From NCBI GenBank assembly GCA_964016885.1, contig OZ024742.1, positions 252,836,001-252,900,000 on the forward strand: a DNA stretch of 64,000 nt, given 5' to 3'. Positions 51,524-61,971 of the stretch are shown here, piece by piece. The notes under the pieces were generated by a model. The model did not search any database. It was not told where the DNA came from and worked only from the letters and a program-made list of their open reading frames with translations. How positions within the stretch are numbered: the stretch's first letter is position 1; each line of letters opens with the position of its first letter. The stretch is from Eledone cirrhosa (Eukaryota). The position numbers and the translations under genes are program-made.

Positions 51524-52472
51524 TTAAATAATATTAAAGCTTCAACCTCCAATGATCCCCACCTCCATTTCATCATTACAAAAGTCTTGTCAATCATTAT
51601 AAATTTGTCAGCCAGAAAAATCTCTGAATTTTCTTAGAATCTCCCTTCACATCCCAAAGATCAAAGTGTTTAAACTACAATTTTCTATCACACTCTTACT
51701 TAACCATATGTTCCAACAACTGTTTAACTTCTTCCACAAAACAAACCTTAGACCAACTATTATAAATGAATGGAATGTTTTTGCAAATTTAGATATTTTG
51801 TTCATTGTTGGAGCAATTAACAGCTACAGGCCTTTTTTTAAAAAAAAAAACATAAAACAAAAAAGAATAATCCAATTGAAAATTAAAGTTAATTTGATGG
51901 AAGTTATTTATAGTTCAAGGAAAGCCATTTGTCAATATAAGGGAAAAGACATGTACTAAGTAGTCTTATGTTGTTCTTCATTCCCAGAAAAATGTTTGTT
52001 GTATTCTCCGACCTTAACAACTAAAAGAAATTTTACAATTATTCTCTTTTTCTCTTTTGTCTTGTTTGTTTGCTGCAAACAAACAAGCAACATCTGTATG
52101 TGTTGTTATGTTAGTGTATATGTGTGTGTTTATGTCTACCTGGTGTGGTGTGGTGTGTAATTGTTTGTAACTGTGTGAATGCATGTAGTTGGTCTGTGTG
52201 CATTTATGTGTGTGTATGCATGTAGCTGGTGTCTGTGAGTGTGTTGAGGTTTAGTTAGTATGTGTGTGTGTCTACCTGTTGTGGTGTGTGTAAATGTTTG
52301 TATGCATGTAGTTAGTGTCTGTGAGTCTGTATATGTTTAGCTAGTGTGTGTGTTTGTGTCTACCTGGTGTGGTGCATGTGTGTTGTGTGCATGTTGTGTG
52401 TTGTATGCATGTGTGTTGTCTGTGTGTGTGTGTGTGTTTGCTCACAGTTTATGTTAATGGAAATTAGTTATA

Positions 52473-53130
52473 GTAATTGTTTCTACTTTTGGCACAAGGT
52501 CAGCAATTTTCAGTGTATTACTGGTACTTTATTTTATCGACCCCGTAAGGATGAAAGGCAAAGTTAACCTCGGCGGGATTTGAACTCAGAATGGCAAGAT
52601 TTGAACTCTGAATTACAAGTGCACCTCTATTTTTCCAGCAGAGGGAACTGGAGCAACACAAAATAGAATATCTTGCTCAAGTACTCAATACCCCACCAGG
52701 AATAAAATGCCTAACCTTACAATTGTGAGCCAAACATCTTAACCACTAAGCTTTGTACCTTTATATAAGTTGTATCTCATCAATGAGATACAAACCCATA
52801 ACTTTTTAGCCAAGAGGCTGACACCTCTATTTAGCTAGTCCACCTCATCTATGAATCTGATTCTATATGCCCTCCTTTTTCAGACATTTCATTTATCCAG
52901 ATGACCATGAACATTCTATAAATTAGGCAGCAAATTGGTAGAGACATTTGCAGTATTTGTTCCAGTTCTCTGCACTCTGAGTTGAGTTCAAATCCCACTG
53001 AGGTCGACTTTGCCTTTCCTCCTTCTTGGGTTGGTAAAAAAAAGTACCAGTCCATGAGCAGTGAATTGGTAAAATTGTTAAAGCATCAGACAAGATGCTT
53101 TGATGTATCTCTTTTAGCTCTTTGTACTTC
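52473..53130. mobile_element. SINE cluster (M minus 52473-52600; C minus 52605-52762; M plus 52922-53130)
   Basis: Family-diagnostic motifs as in other copies. Confidence 0.7.
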
Positions 53131-54004
53131 AAATTCCACACCTTGTCCAATCATCTGTATTTTGCCACTGAGGTTTTATCTTAATCCTGTAGTGAATTGA
53201 AAAACCTCTGGGCTAGAAAGACTATGTATCTATTTTCGTGTCAATCTACTATGTTCTATTTGTTAGATACTGACTTCAGTTTGCACATTATATTTCTAGT
53301 TTCAATAATTGGCAATTGACTAAAAAAAAAGCATTAATGTTTTATTTTTCAACAGTTTTTGACAGAGAATTTCATTTAGGAAAGTTTTTGTATCACATTG
53401 AAATAACAAACCAAAAAGGCTGCTTAGTTCATTATATATGTATTGGTTGCATGTAGCAACAGCTGCAGTTAAAAATTGTCTAAGATGCACAAGTTTTGAT
53501 GAAAGGAATGAATTGAAAAAGTTGGTAAACTATTGAAAAAAATTTGGAAATATATTCTGTAAATAAAATATCAAGATGAAGATTGTAGATAGATCTTATA
53601 CAAAATATGGAAAACATTTATTATATGTTAAATTAATTAAAGAAATATTGGATAATGGGTTATTTATTAATATTCAAAGAAAGAGAAATAGAAATCTTCC
53701 TGAATTAGAGGGATCAGATTATAATTAAAGTAAACACATTATTTATGTAACTTTTAGTTTTAATAGTTATAGCATAAGATAATCCTTTCATTACCATATA
53801 TCCAATGAAAGACCTGTCTATGTTTAACCCTTTCATTAACATATATCAAATGAAAGACATTGACTATAATTTTCAAAATATTTTGAAAATAATCAAGAAT
53901 TTGGAAGCAGGTGGAGAAGTTCGAGTATCTCAGGGCTGCTTTTATGAGTGACAGATGACAACAACTGCTGGAGCTGTTGCAGTAATGTGCCAGTTTCAGC
54001 ATTC

Positions 54005-54500
54005 AGTCATCAGAAGAAGGGAGGTAGGTTTAAAAGCCAAACTTGTTATCCTTAAATCAGTGTTTGTGCCTTACCCTTACCTATGGTGATGAATCTTGGG
54101 CAATGACCAAAAGAATACAATCACAAATACAAGCAACCAAAATGAGATTCCTCCAAAGGGTCTTTGGAGTAATGTTACTTGATAGAGTGCATAACTCAGA
54201 GATCAGGAAGTCATTCCAGTTAGAGCTGCTAATCCTCTGAATTGAGAGATCAAAACTTCTGATACTACAGACATGTTTAGAATGTCTAAGGAAAGAACCA
54301 ATGGGCAGATTTTATAGGCAAAGTCAACTGGCAGGAGGTGGTTGGATAACATCCATGAGCTTGGCCGGTATTACTTGGGGATCCAGCCAAATTATTTGGA
54401 GACAGTTGCTTCTGGTAGATCCCTCAGGAAGGTGTGCTTGAGGACTCTGGTGTGCTTTAGGGACTCTGCCCACATGACCCTCCTGGGAGGGTCATGTGGG
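54005..54500 (+). mobile_element. Decayed RTE C-terminal fragment
   Basis: TLTYGDESWAMTKRIQSQIQATKMRFLQRVFGVMLLDRVHNSEIR. Confidence 0.85.
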
Positions 54501-55290
54501 CAGAGTCCACAATTACACTTTGCCTATGATATTCAAATCATTCTAAAAATAATCAATAATTAAGAGGGTTTAGTAATATAACTGACTTCTTCATTATTTG
54601 GCTGTTATATGGAATATAACTATGGTTTGGAACATAACTTGATAATGGTTCTTGTAAAATATCATGATAAGTTTTTAGATAAATATAAAGATTTTAACCT
54701 GTACATTACCATATTTTGATTGAAAGACCCTGTTTATGATTTTCAAATAAATTTCAAAATTATAAGGGATTGTAAGGAATTTACTATTATAACAAACTTT
54801 CTCAATATTAAGCTGGTATTTGGAACATAACTTAACAAATGTTCTTACATATAAATATGATAGTAGGTTTTTATATAAATATAAAGATTTTAACAAGTTC
54901 ATTATCATATTCCTAATAAATAGCACTACCAATGGTTTGGAACATAACTTGATAAAAGTTGTTACATGAAATCAGGATGGAAGGTTTTTAGATAACTATA
55001 AACATTTTAGCTCTCTTGTTATGATATTTCTAATGAAAGACACTGCCTACGATTTTCGTATCACTTTGAAAATCAAGAATTTAAATGGATTTAGTAATAA
55101 AACTAATTTTATCATTATAAAATTGGTGTTTGAAACATAATATAACAAAGTTTCTTACATAAAATTATGATGGATGGTTTTACAGATAAATATGAACAGT
55201 TTAACCATCTTATCATATCTCTATTGAAAGCCAATACCTATGGCTTTGAACGTAACTTAAATCTTACATGGAATCACAATTGAAGGTTTT

Positions 55291-55763
55291 CTCCTACTGC
55301 TTCTGCTGGAATCTGCTAGATGGTGCTAGCCATCAGCTTTTCAATATTCATAGCTAAAGGACTTTCCAAATGTTTATTCATAAACATACCGTATATCATT
55401 AGATATACAAAATTCACATACTTATATGTATACAGTTATGCAAGAGTGAAAGCTTTAATTCTACTTTTAGGCTGAGCTGGCTTAACAGCTCCATATGCAA
55501 ATGAGGCTAATCAGCCCATGTATATAGGCGAGAAAAACTATACATTTTCGCCTGTTTCAAATTCCAGCAGAGAGCAGGGCAGAGGAAGCACTGTCCTGAT
55601 GACAGCCTTAGCCAGAAACATGTTGGCAGTTATTCCCTGCTGGAATCTGCTAGACAGCTCTAGCTGTCAGTTTTTCAATATTCATAGCTAAAAAGCTTTC
55701 TAAATGTTTATTCGTAAACATACCATGTATCATTAGATATACAAAATTCACATACTTATATAT
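55291..55763 (+). mobile_element. Retrozyme/Penelope-like non-autonomous element, 334-bp period
   Basis: ~125-bp direct repeats (55303-55427, 55637-55761) with a hammerhead motif just upstream of the second; another fragment at ~58430-58536. Confidence 0.75.
55590..55630 (+). ncRNA. Minimal type I hammerhead ribozyme (stem II degenerate)
   Basis: ACTGTC-CTGATGA-cagccttagcca-GAAA-CATG-TT-GGCAGT: intact core, 6-bp stem I, palindromic short stem III. Confidence 0.75.
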
Positions 55764-56499
55764 CTAATGAAAGACATATGGTTTGGGCCATAACAAGTAT
55801 TCTTACATTATATCATGATGGAAGGATATTAAATAAATGTATACATTGTAACTCTTGTGTTACCATATTTCTCATAAAAGATACTGCCTAAAATTTTCAA
55901 ATAATTTTGAAAATAATAAAAAGTTTATAGAGATTTAGTAATATAACTAAATTTCTCATGAAATTGGTGTTTGGAAAATAGCTTAATGAAATTTCTGAGA
56001 TGAAATCAAGATGGAATGTTTTTATATAAATATAAATACTATCACACTTTCTTTACCATATATCAGCAGCTGCATAGGATTTTCAAATCATTTTGAAAAT
56101 AATCAAAAATTTAAAGGGATTTAGTAATGTAACTAACTTTCTCATTATTAAGCTCATGTTTGGAACATAACTAACAAAGGTTCTTATCTTAAATGATGAT
56201 GGAAGGTTTCTCAATAAATATAAAAAGTTCTGTTTATATTTACCAAGAATCTGTTTGGGACATATCTGAGCATGTTTGCGTGTATTGAAGTAAATATTTC
56301 TCAAGGTATTCAATGTTTTCTAAGCTGGATGAAATTTCCAATATCACAATTTTTCATAAGGTCTCTGCTGGAGTTACAAATATTTGTGAAGTTCTGCATA
56401 ATTTAAATGTGACAAATGTTTCATCACATCTGCTTTAGAATGACCAACAGGAATCGTAAATGCTACTTTTGGAGCAATGATGTCAATAACTGTTAAGAA

Positions 56500-57160
56500 A
56501 TTTTAGATTTGGATGGAATGAGGAAAAATGTTGAATTCCTGACAGCTATGTTTAGTTAAGAAGTTCAAGTACCTTGCTTCAATACTTGAGCAGGTGGCAG
56601 AGGGGAGTTGGGAAATAAGGGCAAACATAGCAGCAGCAAGAACAGTCCTGAGCACACTCAGCAGCCTTTGGAAGGATAGAGCTCTTACAAAGTCCACCAA
56701 AAAGAAAGTAATCAAAACATTAGTGTGGCCGGTAGCTCTATAGGATTGTGAGCCATGGAATTAAAGGCATCTGGCTTGAAACAACTGAGTGAATTTGAAA
56801 TGTCATGCAATAGGCATGCAATCAGAATTAGCTGGATAGCTCACAGAACAGATGAATCTGTGCTGGAAGAGATTGGTGCCAATTGACAGTTGGTTGAAAC
56901 AGTAAGGTAAAGGAAACTTCAGTAATTTGGTCATGTCATCAGGGCCCATAATTTGATTACCCACATCCTTAAGGGACGAATACAGGGGAAAGGGCCAGGG
57001 GATGGCAGAAAAGGAGACGGAGAGATGATATTAAGGAATGGACAGGAAGGAGTTTGGCAGAATGTACAACTATGGCAAGAGACAGGAAAAGATGGAGAGT
57101 GCCTCTTCATAAGTCCATGACACCCGACCCTCAGATATGAGGATTGGATGAGAAGGAAGG
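56500..57160 (+). mobile_element. Decayed RTE LINE lacking the PHD insert (BovB-like)
   Basis: VKKFKYLASIL...LSSLWKDRALTKSTKKKVIKTLVWPVAL...FGHVIRA...DDIKEWTG. Confidence 0.85.
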
Positions 57161-57619
57161 ACATTTAATAGTAAAATTCAGACTTTTTAACATTGGAATA
57201 CCTTAAAGTAATTTATTTTAATAAATGTAGAATATATTAGGGACATATCTGAACATAGATAGAGTACATACAGATATAAAAAGGGAACTCATACATATAT
57301 AAAAAGCATATACAAATATAGAGTATATATACAGATATAAAAAGTATATACAGATGTAGAGAACACATACAAATATAAACAGTATATACATATATATAGA
57401 GAGAGTGTATATAAATATAGAGAACAGATAGAGATGTAATGAGTGTATACAGATATAAAGAGAGTATATATAGTTGCAAAGAAATATGACAAGGCTAAAT
57501 TTCAAATTCTAAGAGCTGTGCTTAGAAGTAAAACAATTTTTTTTACATTGAAATAATCTTTTATAACATATGAAGATTCTATTAGGCACATCTTTGAGTA
57601 TGTTAGGATGTAATAATGT

Positions 57620-58305
57620 ATCATGATGATGATGATCATCATCATCACTGTTTAACGTCCATTTTTCCATGTTAGCATGGGATAGCTGAGTTGTTCCATT
57701 GTGAAACAAGCCAGATCAGATGACCATGTCTTGCTCATACAAACTGATTGTAGCTTAGTTTCTGTGGCTGGATGCCCTTCCTAATGCCAACAATATTTAC
57801 AGTGTGTACTGAATGCTTTTTATCATGGCACCAAAATGATCACTTTACCGTGTGACCTGGGCGCATTTTGTTGTGGCACCTACACGGCCACTCTACAGTG
57901 TGGACTGGGTGCTTTTTGTCATGTCACCAATACAACCACTTTACAGTGTGGACTGAGGGCTGGGGTAGGGGAGGTGCATGGGGATTGGAGAGGCAGATCT
58001 AGGGTGGGGCACTTATCTGGTGAAGGATGGGGTGTGGGTGGAGTGTTATGATGTGGCAGGTGTATCGTAAGGGAAGGGGAAGGTAGGTGAAAGTGGTGCA
58101 TACTAGATGTATTCTTCAACCCATGCACATGCGAAGGCAGGTCTTCTGTTATACTGCTTAACACCAGTGATCTCAATCCTGTGTCATCGCCTTTGCGAGG
58201 TGCAATTGTGTAAGATCAGCTTGTATCACCTCATCCCAAGTCTTCCTAGATCTTCCTACTACATAGCTTCTATTTTTTATACAGCAGTCATCCTTCACAC
58301 ACATT
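57620..58305 (-). mobile_element. Decayed RTE 3' end with an amplified UTR module
   Basis: (CAT)n tail, ggctggatgcccttcctaatgccaac, four ttacagtgtggactgggtgcttt-like modules. Confidence 0.8.
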
Positions 58306-59519
58306 ACTGTTTCATTTTGCATTTAGTTTAGCATTCTCAATAGCTTGTGGGATAATTTCAACACCAAACAGTCATTTAGAATAAAATTTCATCACAATAC
58401 CAACTGAACCTGGAATGACACGCCAAGTTGTCCTCTGCTACTTCTGCTGTAATTCGCTAGATGGTGCTAGCCATCAGCTTTCTAAATATTTATTCGAAAA
58501 CATACCATATATCATTAAATACACAAAATTCACATGCAAACACACACACATATATATATACATATGTACACACACACACATATATATATATATACATAGT
58601 AGGAAGCATATAGGCAGGATTGTTCGAATGTCAGCTAGAATGCCTGCGGTATTTGCTCCAGTTCTCTGAGCTAGGAGTTCAAATTATGCCGAAATCAACT
58701 TTATCATTCGCCTTTTTGATGCTGTTAAAAAAGTCCAATATTAGGGTCGATTTTTTGCTGAATATTTCTTTCCCATTTCCGTTGTATTATCATTGTCCTT
58801 CACTGGATGTGTATAGGGCTATGGGCTTATCCAGGTTTAACATTCTCACAACTCACTGTATGTCACTACGGCACCCAAACGATTCCATCAGGAGTTATGG
58901 GTCCATAAGTGTGTGTGTGCGTAATACAGTCTTCACAAATTTGTTAATGTTGCAAGACAATAAAGTCGTAAAGGGAACTAATCCTATAGTTTTCTGCTGT
59001 ACGAAGCCTGGTAGTTATCTCCCTTGCAATATGTGTATATTATATTTGTATATATATGTATATATATGTATGTGTGTGTGTGTGTGTGTATTTGAGAAAA
59101 GGCCATTGCAGTTAGAGTTAGAACTCTTTACAAGTAGGGTTTGATAAGTGTAAGGTTTAGGATTAGGATATGTTCAGTGTTAGGGTTTACTTCTCTGATG
59201 TATAAATTTTGTTTTTTGTGAAACCTTTTTTTTCTAAATTGTATTTTGTATTTCAGCTTCTCTCTCTATTTCATTAGGGGAAAGAATTATTTTTAATTAT
59301 TTAGTGGTTTGGGTTAAGGTTAGAATTTAGGGGATAACTTGTAGGATGAGAAATAATGCTTAGGATTAATGGATAGGGTTATTAGGGTTATAAATAAGCG
59401 ATAAAGTTAATAGGTAGGTCTAGATTTAAGGTTGGATTGTAGTTTAGCATTTAAGTTAGGGTTAGAGTCAGAGATAAGTTTATATATGTGTTTATGCATG
59501 TGCATTCTCATAATCTGAA

Positions 59520-60075
59520 ATCCAGATATTGTAAAGAACCTCTATATTGATCTGGAAACTGTTCAGAGACATGCAACCAAGCAAATACCCTCCATCGGGC
59601 ATCTACCATACTCTGAATACCTTGCTTCCCTGGGCATGGATACATTAAAGCTCCGTCTGGCAACTGACTTGGTGGACACTCACAGGATTATTAACAATCT
59701 TTCCAACAACAACCCTGGGCACCTTTTTGAATTCCACATGTCTAACACCCATGAGCATGCTTTCAAAATCAGGAACAGTACAGCTCTCATGACTTTCAGA
59801 AACATTTTTTCACTCTCAGAATTGCTGAAGCATGGAACAAACTACCTGCATCTATTATTAGTTGTTGGGACACTGCATCCTTCAAAACTTCCTAAAATTT
59901 GCCAACACTACACCTGATATTCTACCAAACGCATGCATATGTGTATGTCTGTGTGTAGATCATAACTTATACACTGTTCCCTTTCCTGACTTTTGTACAT
60001 TATTCTATGTACTATACATGCACCTTTGATGAGTTGTAGTGCACCTGAGCACTGTACACAATCATTTTCATTATA
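59520..60075 (+). mobile_element. CR1-clade LINE 3' fragment
   Basis: DLETVQRHATKQIPSIGHLPYSEYLASLGMDTLKLRLATDLVDTHRIIN...AWNKLP. Confidence 0.85.
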
Positions 60076-60524
60076 ATGAATATGGATACAGACTGCATTA
60101 AAGACACTCTGAGGTCCCAAACATAGATACAGATTGCAGAAAAGACTCTCTGAGGTTTCAAACATTGAGACAGCATAATAAACAATACACATTCTCCAGT
60201 ATAGCATGTCAGCAATCATTGCAATATACATGGGTGTGTGTCTGTGTTTCAATCTTCTAACTTAGCAGTGCACTAAAATTAATATCAGATCTGAAATAAA
60301 ATAAGTACTTGGATTGATATGATCAATGGAAACATTTAAGAGCAGAACCCAGCATGGCAGCAGTCTAATCACTGAAGCCAATAAATGATTAAAAGAATAT
60401 ATATATAGTGTATTAGTGTGTAATGCTTAATTACTGATGGTCCACCAATTAGAGCACTCAATGTTAATATTTGGGTTCAGCTACCGATGTGGGATTCTAT
60501 GTATGATATTTCATCACGGGTCGG

Positions 60525-60875
60525 TATCCTTAAAAAGTGGAAAATCTATCCAAATTTAAAGATCTAGAGATAGAAAAAACCTGAATGTGGATATTGAAGA
60601 CAGAAACAATACCTACAATTATAGGTGCTCTGGGAATGATAAAAAGCATGCAGACTGATACATAACCAAAATTCCAGGACTCACAAATATATACAACGTA
60701 CAAAAAATAGCACCACTAGGCACTGTACACATATCACAAAGAGTACTCTCAATACAATAGAACAAACACCACCAAAAACCAGACTGCACCTACCCAAGGT
60801 GCACAAAGCTGCGCTCAGTAATGCAGTGATAACATGCAAAATAATAATAATAATAATGATGACAACAACAACAAT
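60525..60875 (+). mobile_element. Dong/R4-clade LINE 3' end followed by (TAA)n
   Basis: SKFKDLEIEK..MWILKTETIPTIIGALGMIK...VQKIAPLGTVHISQRVLSIQ*. Confidence 0.8.
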
Positions 60876-61335
60876 GATTTCTTTATTAACCACAAAGGGT
60901 TCACATCAAGAAAAACATGATGGCACAGGATGAAAATATAGTGTGTGTGTTGTTAAAAAGAAAGATTATAAAACTAAAACAAAGAAGGTTCCTCAATAGG
61001 GAGACGTTCGAGGGTGATTCGTGGAAAAATCCCCCATAAAACAACAGATGCCCTGATCTTTAGGGCAAGTGCTCTATCCCAATTGTAGTCCTCCAATCTA
61101 CAGGCTCACACTCAGGCCATGCTTGCTTCTCTCACCCACATTTCAAAAAATTGCTTTAAAGGCAGCACTTCTCTCTCTACCCTGATTTTCCTCCTCAAGT
61201 GGAACTTGAAGAAGTTAATCAGGGCTTCTCCAAAGAGGAAAGTGCTCATCTTCAAACCTTTCAAGCATGTCCACTATACAAACTCTTTCGCCATGGCCAC
61301 AAGACATATAATAAACAGGAACAAAGTATCAATAT
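60876..61335 (-). mobile_element. L1/Tx1-like LINE 3' fragment
   Basis: LVAMAKEFV*W...ALINFFKFHLRRKIRVEREVL...FFEMW followed by AATAAA. Confidence 0.6.
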
Positions 61336-61586
61336 AACATCATTATGTTTATTCACACATGATGCGTGTTTCATGATCAATCAGCTCAAGGTACAATCAG
61401 TAGTGATCAGGCCTGACACTGGAATGGATAGCTCATCAGACTTGTGGATTCTTGAATGAATAGAATTATCTCTGCTACACCATTATATATATATATTCCA
61501 TAATTTTATTAATTGACATAATTAATAAAATGATACTGGATTCCAGAATACTGCCTTATTCTTCATTACTATATATATATATATAT

Positions 61587-61968
61587 CGAAACCTACAGTC
61601 AGTAGGCACCTCTAACAAAAATACACCCCGTCCCACCCACCCCACCCCATCCACACAACCCCTTTCGATGTAAAGTTATGTTGGTACCACAACATCCAGT
61701 CCGAAATAAATGAGGTCATGTAGGTGTCACGACAAAAAAAAAACACACAGTCCACGCTGTAATGTCGCCGTGTAGATAACACGGTAAAAACCTCTCAGTC
61801 CACACTGTAAACGTGGTTGGTGTTAGGAAGGGCATCCAGCCGTAGAAAACCCACCAGACAGTCCTATACGAGCAAGACAATCAATCTTGCCTCAAGTGGG
61901 AAAACTCCCATCCAAACCCATGCAAGCGTGGAAGATGGACGTTAAACGATGATGATGATGATGATGAT
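61587..61968 (+). mobile_element. RTE subfamily 2, 3'-UTR-only copy
   Basis: Colinear with 26776-27158; (TA)n flanks; tail-to-tail with copy B. Confidence 0.92.
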
Positions 61969-61971
61969 ATA

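Larger units (their letters stand above)
54520..56250. repeat. Degenerate tandem array derived from one end of the P2 MITE
   Basis: Repeated ttggaacataactt...gttcttacat...atgatggaaggtttttagataaatataa units matching the reverse complement of 8480-8666. Confidence 0.75.

Noticed and set aside
59130-59475. Interstitial telomere (also 37110-37130)
   Set aside because: Only short or degenerate TTAGGG-like units; no true array.
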